The notes: generated from the sequence alone by a model not told the origin. A DNA stretch of 64,000 bases from Octopus vulgaris (GCA_951406725.2 OX597816.1:7812001-7876000), one strand, 5' to 3'; positions 1 to 14,212 are shown, counted from the first letter of the stretch. Numbers and translations: made by a program.

Positions 1-262
1 TTTCAGTCATTTGTTTTTTTGTGAGTTACGGGGACGTAAACACACCAGCATCGGTTGTCAAGCGATGTTGGGGGGGACAAACACAGACACACACATACAT
101 ATATATGATAGGATTCTTTCAGTTTCCGTCTACCAAATCCACTGACAAGGCTTTGGTCGGCCTGAGGCTATAGTAGAAGACACTTGCCCAAGGTGCCACG
201 CAGTGGGAATGAACCTAGAACCATGTGGCTGGTAAGCAAGCTACTTACCACACAGCCACTCC

Positions 263-547
263 TGTAAATATAATATTTACATTGAATGGATAGGTGTCCT
301 CACCTTGTTTGTTGTTACCACAATATTTCGGCTGATGTACTCTCCAGCCTTCATCAGGTGTCCTGGTGGAATTTCAAAGCCAACCACTTACTGGGGTTCT
401 CTGTTCTCATTCCTAAGGTATTTTTTGCTGATGTTAGTATTATTTATTCAAGTCACTGACTGGGATTGAACCCAGAATCTTGGGGTTAGTAGCCTGCACT
501 CTTAACCACTACACTGTATGCCCATGGGTATACAGTGTAGTGGTTAA
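263..547 (-). mobile_element. Second copy of the tRNA-head/hammerhead element
   Basis: Reverse-complement homologue of 47011-47300, with intact CTGATGA and GAAA cores at 317-362. Confidence 0.7.
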
Positions 548-583
548 ATACTGTACATTTAAAAAAAATTATTTTTATAATTT

Positions 584-1098
584 ACTAGCAGTATTGCCCG
601 GCGTTGCTCGGGTTTGTAAGGGAAATAACTATATAAGCATTTTTAGAGAGTTACTTCCCTTATAGATGCCAATTCGGGCTTTCTTAGCCATTTCTGTTTT
701 GGTGTCTTCAAGCCATGAAGTCGTTGTTCTAAAAGAACGCTGGTCTCCTTGACAATGCTTTACGACGTTGATTTCCTTACACTACCTTCCCCACAACTTC
801 ACGAGGGAGGGAAGAAGGGGGAGAAGCAAACAGGTGCAGGTGTGAGCGTGGACGCCAACTCCGCCGCCATCGACACACGAAAAATTATGCATTAAAATGG
901 AATAAAAAATTATGTTAAATTATTTTTAAAATCGTAGACTCATCGTAGACGCGCGCTAATAGCCAGACGGGCTCGATATTAATCACGACTATAAGATACC
1001 CGAATTTGGTTAAACTGCACTGCAAAATGTGGGAGTAGTTAGGAATCTAAATCGAAGGGGACAGACACTCACACAACTACAGTTTTATATATAAAGAT
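584..1098 (+). mobile_element. Helitron/Helentron-like non-autonomous element (relatives 19066-19441, 55091-55452, 18022-18259)
   Basis: 5' actagc...cccggcgttgctcggg subterminal hairpin, 3' gacagac...tatatataaagat end, no TSD; family assignment is inferred. Confidence 0.55.
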
Positions 1099-1384
1099 AT
1101 ATATATTTATTTCATTATAAACGCAAAACAACACCACCGAGGAATCGGCGTAAGCTTAAGTAATAAACTGTAATAGGTGAACCACGATATGGTGAGGGAT
1201 TACTGTATACAAACAACTAAGTATATTCAGATGATAAACACCTGTACAAGCATAAACAGGTACATGTATATAGAGACAAATAAATTTACATTTACACAGA
1301 GCATAAATAATACAGAATGCTAAGGAGAGAATGCTCAGTTTTTTTTTTTTTAACTACATCTGTTTCGCACCAAACACCAAAGCC

Positions 1385-1560
1385 TATTGTTGAAGAAAGT
1401 TTTGTTGATGCATGACAATGCACACCCACATATGGCCACCCAGACTGTTGAAACCATTAACCAATTGGGTTTTGAGGTGCTGGAACACCCTTCTCTTGCT
1501 CCTTCTGACTATCATATCTTCGGACCACTGGACCAAGTGCATTGAAAAGGAAAGGGACTA
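1385..1560 (+). mobile_element. Mariner transposase fragment
   Basis: LLMHDNAHPH...GFEVLEHP..LAPSDYHIFGPL. Confidence 0.7.
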
Positions 1561-1768
1561 TATAGAAAAGGAGGACTCATATCCAGATACACAGATGCAT
1601 GCGTGGACACAAACATATACATACATACGAGGGAGAGTCAAAAATTATACACACCTGTTTTTTTCAATGTATTTACACAAAAGCAGAGGATAAACAATTT
1701 TGTCATTTTTCTATAGAGTCTCTTTGTAACTTAGCAGTCTGGCAAAAAAGACAGACAAAAAACCAACA

Positions 1769-2165
1769 GGCGTAGGAGTGGTTGTGTGGTAAGTAGCTTG
1801 TTTACCAACCACATGGTTCCGGGTTCAGTCCCACTGCGTGGCACCTTGGGCAAGTGTCTTCTACTATAGCCTCGGGCCGACCAAAGCCTTGTGAGTGGAT
1901 TTGGTAGACGGAAACTGAAATAAGCCTGTCGTATATATATATACGTGTGTGTGTATAAGTCTGTGTGTGTGTGTTTGTCCCCTCCCCAACATCGCTTGAC
2001 AACCGATGCTGGTGTGTATATGTCCCCGTAACTTAGCGGTTCGGCAAAAGGGACCGATAGAATAAGTACTAGGTTTGCAAAGAATAAGGCCTGGGGTCGA
2101 TTTGCTCGACTAAAGGTGGTGCTCCAGCATGGCCACAGTCAAATGACTGAAACAAGTAAAAGAGA
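1769..2165 (+). mobile_element. tRNA-derived SINE family A (other copies 1-263-, 10958-11341-, 29249-29633+, 31868-32257-, 40418-40806-, 42514-42909-, 43887-44250+, 44273-44641+, 45303-45880-, 48484-48848+)
   Basis: Head ggcgtaggagtggttgtgtggtaag...ccgggttcagtccc with A/B-box-like motifs, central (TA/TG)n, tail gactgaaacaagtaaaagag; many dispersed copies. Confidence 0.88.
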
Positions 2166-2303
2166 GAATAAGTACCAGGTTTTAAAAAAATAAAGTCCTG
2201 GGGTCGATTTATTCGATTAAAAATTCTTCAAGGCAGTACCCCAGCCTGGTCGCAACCTAATGACCGAAGCGAAGTAAAAGGTAAAAAAAAAAAAAGGACT
2301 TAC

Positions 2304-2492
2304 TCTGACTTTTGTTTCATGGTAAAGATGTGGAAGAATAGAATCCAATAAGTCTCGAATAAGAGAAGGTTTGTTATGTGCAGCAGAATTAAAAGTTATC
2401 AGAGCAACTCGGCGTACATTTAAGTCGGGATCTTGTAATGTTTTCAAGAAATCACCAATATATGTTCGAAGTAAGGAATCGATTCCTTGTGG
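2304..2492 (-). CDS. CAND1: CAND1 exon 28/28
   Basis: [63 protein letters not shown]; tag / gtaagt. Confidence 0.96.
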
Positions 2493-3374
2493 CTAAAAAG
2501 AGAAAACGAAAAAAAATAAAATTAACAAAATGAAACAAGAAACAAAATTATTACTTAATATTCTTTTCTACTCTAGGCACAAGGCCCGGAATTTTTGAGG
2601 GGAGGGGAAGAGGCTAGTCGATTTTAGATCTCAGTTACCCCACTATTTCCTCGTATTTCCTTCGGTTTACTCTAAACAAGGAATATTTTTTCCTGATGCT
2701 GTGGTGCCAATGCTTAAGAATTCTACACCTCTGCATTTGAAATAGATTCTGCTTCCAAATCCAGCCAAAGGAATTGTCGATAAAAGGTAGGAATAGGAAG
2801 ACAACTGGAGATTGGCACATTGCAAATATAGTGTTAGAACACAAAAGATTTAAGTTATTGGGACCTGGAGTCATTGATCATCATAAACTCTACTCTAGCT
2901 TACTTGCATGGGTTGAACAGGTTTACATTGAGGCAGAATTTTCCACAGCCGGATGCTTTTCCTGTCACAAACCCTCACCTGTTTCCAAGCAAGGTAGTGT
3001 TTCCTCATGGCCTGACATGTTCTTGAAGAATATTAGAAATGAATGACACCCCTTGTGCGACAGTGATACTCATTTACAACCATCATGCCACGACAAGGAG
3101 CTACAAACATACACAACCTCAGATACACAAAGGGCTTCTTTCAGTTTCCATCTACCAAATCCAATCACAAGGCTTTGGTCGGCCTGAAGTTATAGTTGAA
3201 GACACTTGCCCAAGGTGTCACACAGAGGGACTGAACCCAGAACCAAATGGTTGGGAAGTAAACTTTTTAACCACACAGCCATACTTGAAATTAATTTTAT
3301 TTATTTTAATTAATTACTGGGATCAAAGTAAATTATAACTAAGTGCAAATAACAGTATAAATTGTGTGTTTTAC

Positions 3375-3564
3375 CTGGTCTGATATGGTGAATTTAACAG
3401 CTGTAACAACAGTGCTCCTTGTATAGGGGGAGGGAGAATCTAAATAACTTTTAAGGTTATTCAACAGCGTTGAAGGGTCAATTAGAGTTAATTTCCCTAG
3501 ACATTCTGATACAACATTTCGTGTTCCTTCCTCAGGGCATTCACAATGGGCAAATAACATAGAC
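3375..3564 (-). CDS. CAND1: CAND1 exon 27/28
   Basis: [63 protein letters not shown]; cag / gtaaa. Confidence 0.96.
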
Positions 3565-4810
3565 CTGTTGGAAATAAAAATAATACATTTGAGAAAATCG
3601 AGAAAAAGAAATATTTGTAAAATTCTAAAAGAATGCAACAATTCTTTGAAATATTTTCAGACAAACTTTTAACAAAATTTAAAAAAAAAAAGCAACAGCC
3701 ACCACCACAAATCCATTTTTCCATGCTGGCATGGGTTGGACAGTTTGGTTATTGCTAGCAAGCCAGAGAGCTGCACCAGATTCCTGTCATCTGTTTTGGC
3801 TTGGCTTCTATAGCCAGATGCCCTGCTTAATGCCAACCACTTTACAGAGTTTGCTGGGTGGATTTTATGTGGCACAAATACTTTTTATATTCATTTTAAG
3901 AATTATAATATTTAACCTCAAGTTCAAAATATAAACTTTCTTGTTAAGAAACACATTAAAACAATTATCTTCATTCTGAACAAAACCACATCTTATCTCT
4001 CTCTCTCTCTCTCTCTCTGATTTCAAGTGAGCAGCTTCACATCTTTTTGGGCCTAATACTTATTCTATCAGTCACTTTTGCTGAACCGCTAAGTTACGAG
4101 GACATAAATACAACAGCATCAATTGTCAAGCGATGATGACAAACACAGGCACACAAACATACACATATATATATATATGACGGGCTTATTTCAGTTTCTG
4201 TCTCCCATATCCACTCACAAGGCTTTGGTCGGCCTGAGGCTATTGTAGAAGACACTTGCCCAAGGTGCCACGCAGTGGGACTGAACCCAGAACCATGTGG
4301 TTGGTAAGCAACTAACTCCCTGAACAATTTCCATCCTTTCCTTACTCGCCTCTCACCAATAACACTCAACACCAAGAGCTGCCAGAAACAGTTTATAGAC
4401 TTTATGGTGTCTCCCACTGTCACTATTTCTGAATAGTTGGCACATTTCAAATACTGTTTCACTGGATACTTGTTATGACGTTAGGACCTTCCTTGCATTT
4501 GACCTACATACCTTCATAGTTGCCAGCATTTATGTATAATTATTTGTTCCACAAAGTTTATTAAATTAGCAGACAAATTGTGGAAAGTAACAGAGTAAAG
4601 TGGTAGAATATTTAATGAGGGATTCTAGTTGGAAAAAAATAAATAAATCAGTTTGAAAAGTAAATATTGAAACATTGGAAGCTGATTTTATAAACCTTTC
4701 CAGTCTGGGATCAATAATATCAGAAGTAAGAGAGAGATCCTGTGATGATAAGAACAAAAATCAAGGAGTGATTATTATCATTATTATTATTATTGTTACT
4801 AATACTATTC

Positions 4811-5272
4811 ATCATCATTTAACATCTGCTTTCCATGCTGGCATGGGTTGGATGATTTGACTGAGGACTGGCGGGCCAGATGGCTGCACCAGGCTCCAAT
4901 CTTGATCTGGCAGACTTTCTACAGCTGGATGCCCTTCCTAACGCCAACCACTTTGAGAGTGTAGTGGGTGCTTTTACGTGCCACTGGCACGAGGACCAGT
5001 CAGGCAGTAGTGGCAACGGCCACGCTCAAATGGTGTTTTTTACGTGCCACCTGCACAGGAGCCAGTCCAGCGGCACTGGCAATGACCTTGCTCGAATGTT
5101 TTTTCACATATTACCGGCGCAAGTGCCAGTAAGGCGACGCTGGTAACGATCACGCTCGGATGGTGCCCTTGGTGCTCCACTAGCATGGATGCCAGTCATC
5201 GAACTTCATTTCGATTTCACTTGCCTCAACAGGTCTTCACAAGCAGAGTTTAGTGTCCAATGAAGGAAAGGT
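4811..5272 (-). mobile_element. RTE-LINE 3'-tail repeat (representative of >25 copies, e.g. 5830-6152+, 7330-7904+, 9020-9543+, 19495-20009-, 33828-34215-, 37565-37930-, 41500-41880-, 47828-48165-, 50265-50766+, 58190-58500-, 59840-60250-)
   Basis: Shared core gcacccactacactctcggagtggttggcgttaggaagggcatccagctgtagaaac...catggaaagcggacgttaaacgatgatg, matching the 3' UTR of the LINE at 15582. Confidence 0.85.
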
Positions 5273-6945
5273 TAGAAATTTAACAGAAAATCTTTTTTTA
5301 GTCCCTTGCCAAGATACGAGAAACCTAGTGAACCATGACCATCAACACTGACTCCATAAACATCAACTGAGACAGCTCAGATTTGTATTTTGACCACAGG
5401 CTACTCGGTGATCAGCTACACCATGGTCAATATTGAGTTGGAAGACATAAGTGGTTCGAAGACCTGTTGAAGACATCAAATGTCCAAAAGTAAAAGACTT
5501 TGCTGCTCACTTTGGTAAAGTCATTGACAGAAAGAGATTGAAGATGTAATAACCAGCACCGAGAATAAATCAATGAAGGAGGGTTGAGAAAGGAACAGAA
5601 AAAATACAATGAATCGAGTCTATTAATGGGGAAATGACAGGGAATAAATATAAGAGGCCAAAGGTCTAGATTTATTCCATTTTACGATAATGCCAATCTG
5701 GGAACTTCTTGAAGCAACAGTGGTTTTCAGAGACAGACAGGTTTTTCAGGAATGTAAAATGAAAGTAACAGAAACAGATGATTTTTTTTATATTTTAAGT
5801 TCTCTTTTTATAAAAAACAGCTTTATAGCCAGAGCGGCTAACTGGCTCCCGTGCCGGTGGCATGTAAAAGGCACAATTCGAGTGTGATCGTTACCAGCAT
5901 CGCCTTACTGGCACCTGTTCTGGTGGCATGTGTAAAAAGATTCGAGCGAGGTCGTTGCCAGTACCACCTGACTGGCCCCTGTGCCAGTGGCACGTAAAAA
6001 GCATCCACTACACTCTCAGAGTGGTTGGTGTTAGGAAGAGTATCCAGAAACTCTGCCAGATCAAGATTGGAGCCTGGTTCGCCAGCCCTCAGTCAAAATC
6101 GTCCAACCCATGCTACCATGGAAAGCGGATGTTAAACGATGACAATGATGATTAATTTTTCATGTTAAATTGAGTTGCATTGTTTTTAGTGAATTGAAAA
6201 TTTTCTTTCTGTTGGAACAACGGTTATTAAAGCTGGACATCTTTTCCAATGTTTAACAATGAAACTCTGTATGGAACGTAATTGTTTACCTGATATAACA
6301 AAGCAAACTGAATGATATGCTTTGCCCAAGAGGATTATACATACATATATACATACACACACATTTATACATACAAACACATACATACATGCATGCATGT
6401 ATAGGCACACACACACACACAAACAAACAAAAGGGAACGCAGTGTAAATAACGGACAGAGTCAATCAAGACTATTGAAAAGGTTGCAAGATGCAACGAAA
6501 ATTTTAGGAAAAAGGGGAAATTTTACCGGTGAGTGTGTTACATTATAAGGCACGAAAAGAAAATGACTCTCCCCAGACACAACAGAATATGCTTCAACAC
6601 ACGAACTCATATAAAGAATCTTGCAAACCAAATCCCCAAAACAAATTATACAATAGGTTAACATAAAATACTCAAGACGGTCGGTTGCCTAAGACTTCTA
6701 ACAAAGCAGCTGTGATGCTTCGATCAATGGAAAGGAAAATTAGGGAGAGGATAGGAAAACTATTTCAAACTATGTAGAGAGAAACTAAATGTAAAACTTA
6801 GTAACATGACTGAATATAAATGTAAATCTTGTAGAAAAGGAAATAAATTCCATTTGTTAAATTGGTTCATAAATTACAGCAGGATATACTTGTTATGGTT
6901 ATAATTAGTTAGCAATAAATATTAACAGGGAAAGTAATTACATAC

Positions 6946-7013
6946 CAAATGTCTTCTACATATGGTTTCAAGTTATCAACAGTGGATTCGTTAACTGACT
7001 GGCAGCTAATTAT
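6946..7013 (-). CDS. CAND1: CAND1 exon 26/28
   Basis: IISCQSVNESTVDNLKPYVEDI(W); tag / gtatgt. Confidence 0.93.
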
Positions 7014-8333
7014 CTAAAAGTAAAAATTAAAAAAAAAAACATTTGAAAAATCAATGCATCAATTATTTTAACGAATCAAAGTTTGCTTTGAAAGGAGGAA
7101 AATTAAGAGAATGTTGAGTGGCAAGGAAGCTGAGAGTTGGCAGAAACGAGGGAGAAGAGCCTCTTATTTTTAGGTTTTCAAAGGAAATCCAGTTGAGATG
7201 TATTTTACCTTTCATTCTTATGGATTTGCTAACAACATAAATAACAATATGGGCCTCACCGAGGCAATGACTAGTGACCGGGACCTCAGGAAATATGTCG
7301 AGCTGCAGAAGACTTTGCAAGCGGAAGTGTGGCCATAACCTTGTGGCCTATGCTAGGGGTGTAACCAGCCCACTTATGCGTGCCTTTCCTTCATTGGACA
7401 CTAAACTCTGCTTGCGAAGACCTGTTGAGGCAAGTGAAATGGAAGTCGAAATCAAATTCGGTGACTGGCATCCGTTGCTAGTGGAGCGCTAAGAGTACCA
7501 TACGAGTGAGATCGTTGCCAGAGCAACAAACTGGCCTTCATGCTGATGGCACGTTAAGCACACCGTTCAAGCGTGATCATTACTGCATTGCCTTGCTAGC
7601 ACTTGTGCTGGCGGCACGTGAAACATTCGAGTGAGGTCGTTGCCAGTACCGCTGGACTGGCTCCTGTGCAGGTGGCACGTAAAAAGCACCATTTGGGCGT
7701 GGCCGTTGCCAGTACCACCAAACTGGCCCTTGTGCTGGTGGCATGTAAAAGCACCCACTACACTCTCAGAGTGGTTGGCGTTAGAAAGGGCATCCAGCTG
7801 TAGAAACTCTGCCAGATCAGATTGGAATCTGGTTCGCCAGACCGCAGTCAAATCGTCCAACCCATGCTAGCATGAAAAGCAGACGTTAAATGATGATGAT
7901 GATGAAATTCCATTTGAACCACTACACCTTGTTACACTGTGAAAATTGATCTTTTGTCTAATCAAATAAAATCCTTAATTGCAATAATCAAGTGTATATC
8001 GTACTAAAAACTGATCTCCCCAGCAATTATTGTGTTGTTGCCTTAAGATATTATTTACACCATCCCAGAGATGGAGACTGGTTTTGGATGAAGTCAAATT
8101 CTTGAAGTGTATAATTTCCACTCCTTGAATAACCAAGATATTTGAAATAGTTACAATGCGGATGTTATGAGTGTAGAGCACCCTGAACACAGAGAAATTA
8201 GGTCAACAGGCTGGTGGCGTAGGACTTAAAATATGTATATTCACAGTGAAATCAAGGTCACCAATATACCAAGAAGGGACTAAGAATTAGTTTATGAATT
8301 GCTGACTCAAAAGTATGCGAAAATTCAACTTAC

Positions 8334-8437
8334 CTCTTTTAGAGAATGTAATAACAGATATTGTCTTTTAGGTTGATTCTTGATTTCTTGTAATACAAAT
8401 GGCAGGAAGTAGGTCAAATTACCCACGCTGACATTAC
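8334..8437 (-). CDS. CAND1: CAND1 exon 25/28
   Basis: [34 protein letters not shown]; cag / gtaagt. Confidence 0.95.
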
Positions 8438-8488
8438 CTGAAAGTATCATAAAAAGGTAGTAGTATTATTAGTAGTAATAATAATCAA

Positions 8489-8533
<45 letters not shown>

Positions 8534-9634
8534 GGTTTCAAATTTTGCCACAAGGGCAGCAACTTTGGGGGAGGGGATGAGTCGATTACATTGACCCCCA
8601 GTGCTCAACTGGTACTTATTTTATCGACCCTGAAAGGATGAAAGGTAAAGTCAACCTTGGTGGAATTTTTACAGATGGTTGCCCCACCAACCACTCAGCA
8701 GTGCTTTTTACATGGCACAAGCACAGGTGAGGTCACATCATTAAAATCTGAAAGCTATGAGATAAACGATGATTAATTAAAAGCAATGTGAATGAAAAAG
8801 CATTACATCTGACTGAATAATTTGAATGCGAAAGGATTGACCCTTTTCCTTTATATCTCACAAAACCCACCTGCCCATGAAGTGTAGAACCAATCATACT
8901 CATTTCTAACCCTTTCATCTCCACATTTAACAATCACCTCTCCAATACAACATTTTCCTTTTACTTAAAATCAGCAGACAGTTATACACCGGTATCTTGC
9001 ACAATCATGTTTAAAACATGAGTGTCGCCTGACTGGCTCCTGTGCCAGTGGCGCGTAAAAAAACACCACTCAAGCGTGGTTGATGCCAGAGCTGCCTGAC
9101 TGGCTGGCTCCAATGCCAGTGGCACAGAAAAAGCACCCCCTAGATCCAGCTGTAGGAACCTTGCCAGATCAGATTGGAGCTGGTACAGCCTCCTGGCCTG
9201 TCACTCCTGAGTCAAACCGTCCAACCCATGCCAGCATGGAAAGCGGACGTTAAACGATGATGATGATGATATTGACTGGCTTCAGTGCTGGTGGCACATA
9301 AAAGGCGGCATCTGATCGTGGTTGATGCCAGCCCCCTCTGGCTCCTATGCTGGTGGCACATAAAAAAAGCACCCACTACACTCTCGGAGTGGTTGGCGTT
9401 AGGAAGGGCATCTAGCTGTAGAAACTCTGCCAGATCAAGATTGGAGCCTGGTGCAGCCATCTGGTTCGCCAGTCCTCAGTCATTCATCCAACCCATGCAA
9501 GCATGGAAAGCAGACGTTAAACGATAATGATGATGATGATGATATAAATCTACTGGAAATACTTACCACAACACTGATCTCTACGTACTCACAAAGCCAG
9601 CAGAAAACTATAAGAGAAGAGAAATGCAACTGAC

Positions 9635-9729
9635 CTAAAGCATAAGATGCGGCAGATTTTATTTCTTCATTTTGGGATGAAAATGATTCTAATATCACAT
9701 TCTCGATCTTACCATATCCACTAAGATCT
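9635..9729 (-). CDS. CAND1: CAND1 exon 24/28
   Basis: DLSGYGKIENVILESFSSQNEEIKSAASYAL(G); cag / gtcagt. Confidence 0.95.
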
Positions 9730-12002
9730 CTGAAGAAGAGGAAAATAATCAACATCAGTCTTTTAAGGGAAAATAATATTTTCAGTGGATATAAAACTTT
9801 GGTAACTTATAACATCAAAGGAAATTAATTAGTGAAACAATTAAACGATTGTTTACATGTACTGGTGTGGTCAGTTTCTTTGAAAGGGTTTCGTGGTACA
9901 ATAATCAATATTAACGAACATGTCCAAGTAAACAAACAAACAATAAGGTCATTAATCATAAACACAATATTAATCATCATCATCATCATCATCATCAAGC
10001 AATCAATATTAATCATAACAATCATTAAACATATAATAGTGTCATATTGGTTTCACAGTTTGGCACAAGGCCAGCAATTTCAGGGTAGGGGCTATGATGA
10101 TGATGATGATGAGGTGGAGGAGGAGGAGGAGGATTTGTTTTATTTGCGATGGATGCACTGAAGAAGTGTCCGTTATGAACACACTGGACACAGACTTCCT
10201 TGAACGCCTGGATGGTTCACTAGAAGTAGTTGATAGCCATTGTTACCTGGAAGATGTAATTAGCAAGTGAGGTGGTTGCTCTGAAAGTCTTTAAACTGGC
10301 AGACTGTCGGTTATGACGACGAGGGTTCCAGTTGTTCCGATCAACAGAACAGCCTGCTCGTGAAATTAACGTGCAAGTGGCTGAGTACTTCACAGACACG
10401 CATATCCCTAATGATAGAGAGATTCAGTGTGACACAGAGTGGGACAAGGCTGGCCCTTTGAATTACAAGTAGAACTCATTTTTGCCAGCTGGAGTGGACT
10501 TATTATTCTTATGCGCCCTTTTCAAGCCTAGCCAGGCTCATGGGCCCCGGTTTCTATGGCATATGTGTTCCCCCCCAGCAAATACAGTGAGAGAATGAAA
10601 GAGTTTAGAAGGAATATGTATGTGCGTGCGTGAGTGTGTGTGTATGTATATATATATATATATATATATATGTAATAAATAAAATATATGCATGCATAAT
10701 ACAAACATATATGTACGTACCTACATCTACATGTATATATACATGTAGATGTAGGTACATACATATATGTTTGCATGCATGCATATATTTTATTTATTAC
10801 ATTATTGTCTGACAGCGCGTTCGCGTCAGGGTCGATTCAATTCGTCCCACTTCCCTTCCTCCCAGTTTTGTTATATATATGTATATATATACATACATAC
10901 ACACACACACTCAATTCACAGGCAGACAGACATATATATATATATATATATATATATTCTTTTATTTGTTTTAAGTCATCTGACTGTGGCCATGCTGGAG
11001 CACCACCTTTAGTTGAGCAAATCGACACCAGGGCTTATTCTTTGTACACCTAGCACTTATTCTATCAGTCTCTTTTGCAGAACCGCTAAGGTACAGGGAC
11101 GTAAACACACCAGCAGCGGTTGTCAAGTGATGTCGGGGCAACAAACACAGACACATAAACATACATACATATACATACGACAGGCTTCTTTCAGTTTCTG
11201 TCTACTAAATCCATTCACAAGGCTTTGGTCAGCCCGAGGCTATAGTAGAAGACACTTGCCTAAAGTGCCACGCAGTGGGACTGAACCCAGAACCATGTGG
11301 TTGGTAAGCAAGCTTCTTATCACACAACCACTCCTGCACCTATATATATCTATGTATGTATGTGTGTGTATACACACACACACACACATATATATATACA
11401 TACATACAAAGTGTATATATATATACACACACACACAAATGCATGAGCATTCATGTATAGTGGTTGACATAAGGAAGGGGATCCAGCCATTTGAAACCTT
11501 GCCAAATCAGATTGAAGCCTGGTGCAGCTTCCTAGCTTACCAGTTTTCGGTCAAACTGTCCAACCCATGCCAGCATAGAAGGATGATGATGATATATGTG
11601 TGTGTGTGTGTGTATGCATATATACTCACATACATAGATATATGGAAACCTACTAAATAGCACCACTTATCTTGGCAGCATTGTCATGTGATAATAAACT
11701 ACACAAAACAGTTTGGTTAAAGGTTCCTCTGCATTTGGACGCCTTACTGATTGACTACAGAAAAACCATAACGCCTCAATGAAAATTAAACATTTCAAGT
11801 GTACAGGGCCATTGTCATCTCACTTCTGTTGTATGATGCACAAGGATGGACACTTTACAAAAACTGAAGTGAAAAACACTGATTCTTCTGTCATGTAACA
11901 TCTGACAGCTGTTACGACTATCAAATGGTGGCAATGTAAACATACCAATATACATACACACACACATACATACATATCTATATATCTATATCTATATCTA
12001 TA

Positions 12003-12912
12003 TTGGGTCATCCCATAAATAATGCAGTTTTTCAACTGCATGAACTAATAGTCGGAGGGGAATGGGATAAACTACCCGCATCAACTTGCTATAAAAGCAC
12101 GTAGTAATTTTATCTTGTCCTTATTCTTAGTGCAAGTTTTGAAGAGTGCAGTTCGATTTTAAAAGTTATTTTTCCAAAGCTATGATGGAAGTGACAAAGG
12201 AGCATATTCGACATATTCTGCTTTATGAGTTCAATAAAGGCAACAATGCAACGTAAAGTGTGCAAGGAATATTAATGCAGAATATGGGGATCGGACAATA
12301 AGCATAAGCTAGTGCCAACAATGGTTGCGAATATTCTGAGCCTGAAACTACAGCCTAGAAGATGTGCCTTGTTCTGGAAGATCTGTAGAGCTTGATGAGG
12401 ATGACCTGCAAATTCTAGTGGAACAAAATCCCATTGTAATTGTTGAGGAACTTGCAGAGAAGCTTGGATTTGGTCATTCAACCATTCATTGACACCAGCA
12501 CTAGAAGGAAAATGACCATCTTTGGTTTCAAGATGAAAGGTGCTCTTCCATCAGGATAATTCTCAGCTACATACAGCGAGGATGACATTCCAAAGGCTGG
12601 AGCAGTTTGAATGGGAAGCAATGCCCCACCCACCATATTCGCCAGACATTGCCCCATCTGATTATCATTTATTCCGCAGTCTTCAAAACCAGAATGTGAA
12701 TTCTGTAGAGGAGGTCAGAACAGTACTGGAGGAGTATTTTTTGTCATAGACAAGTAAATTTTGGAAGAGGTGGGGGGCTGAAAGTCTACCAGATAGATGG
12801 AAGAGCATTGTAGAAAATGAAGGAGAGTATATTTTAGATTATCTTCAAGTTTATCTTCATTTTGAAAAATTTAAGCATAAAAAAAAACCGCATTACTTAT
12901 GGGATGACCCAA
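12003..12912 (+). mobile_element. Internally deleted mariner transposon
   Basis: ~30-bp TIRs ttgggtcatcccataaataatgc / gcattacttatgggatgacccaa, TA target duplications, remnants IRHILLYEFNKG and HPPYSPDIAPSDYHLFRSLQN. Confidence 0.9.
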
Positions 12913-13089
12913 TACACACACACACACACACATGCTCTCATGCATATATAACTATGTATATAATATACACATACACACAAACAATAGAAGAGAGAGTCAG
13001 CCATAGGGGATGAATTAATTATGAATAATGTCATTATTTCTTTTTTTACAGTATTTAGAAGTCATTCTACCATTCACTCTTTCATCAAA

Positions 13090-13956
13090 CAGCTATGCTA
13101 CACAGCAGTAAAACACAGGCTGTGACAGGCAAGAACATGCGTAGGCTTAAAAGAAATGAAGCCAGCATGTTTCGCTGGATGTGCAATGTCAGTGTGCATG
13201 TGTGACAGAGTGTAAAGCATCTTGAGAGAAACGTTAGGCATAAGAAGAGGCATCAGATGGGGTGTGCAAGAGAGATGACTGCTGGTATGGTCGTGTGATG
13301 CATATGGATGAGGACAACTATGTAAAGAAGTGCCGATCCCTAACTGTGGAGGGAACCTGTGGTAGAGGTAGATGAAGGAAGACATGGGATGAGGTAGTGA
13401 AGTATGATCTCCAAACTTTGGGCCTCACAAAGACAATGTCTAGTGACCGAGACCTTTGGTGATGTGCTGTGCTTGAGAAGACCCATCAAACCAAGTGAAA
13501 TCGTAGTCATGGCTGATGCTGGTGTCATAGAACCGGCACTTGTGTTGGTGGCACGTAAAGAACACCTTTCAAGCGTTGGGCCTCACGGAGGTAAAGCAGT
13601 TGAGTCCCTTTCAAACGATGGGTTTCACAGAGGCAAAGTGGCTGAGTTCCTTTTGAGTGTTGGGCCTCATGGAGGCAATGACTGAGACCTTTGGCATTAT
13701 GTTGTGCTTGAGAAGAAGACGCATCAAGCCGAGCAAACTTGCAGTTGTGGAAGATACCGGTGTCACATAAATGGCACATGTACCGGTGGCACCCATTACA
13801 CTCTCGGAGTGGTTGATGTTAGGAAGGGCATCCAGAAGAAGAAACCATGCCAAATCAGACTGGAGTCTGGTGCAGCCTTCCAGCTTACCAGCCCTGGTCA
13901 AACCATCCGACCCATGCCAGCATGGACAACGGATGTTAAATGACGATGATGATGAT
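13090..13956 (+). mobile_element. Degenerate RTE-type LINE 3' end related to 15582-17660
   Basis: Remnant AMLHSS..RNEASMFRWMCNVS, 3' UTR modules and (GAT)n tail. Confidence 0.75.
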
Positions 13957-14212
13957 AAATACATAGCAGTTTCACTGACTGTCTTCTATTATTAAGTCGG
14001 CCATTTTCTGCTGTAAGTCATAAAGTCCCCAGCCTTTTCAATAAATGAAAAGGGACAGACAGGCTGGCATGAACTGGTTTTATAAAAACTCTTTGACTTC
14101 TAAATTCCATGAGAAAAGAAATGATGATGATACTTATGAATAACACTTCCTGTCAGTGTCTTTTCATCTATTGATATGTAAGTATATGTAGGTATATGAG
14201 TATATATGTAAA

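Noticed and set aside
6186-6290. Possible extra CAND1 exon (cag|gtaaacaattacgt..., GKQLRSIQSFIVKHW...)
   Set aside because: No CAND1 similarity. Splicing from exon 26 gives an immediate stop, and exons 26 and 27 already join in frame.
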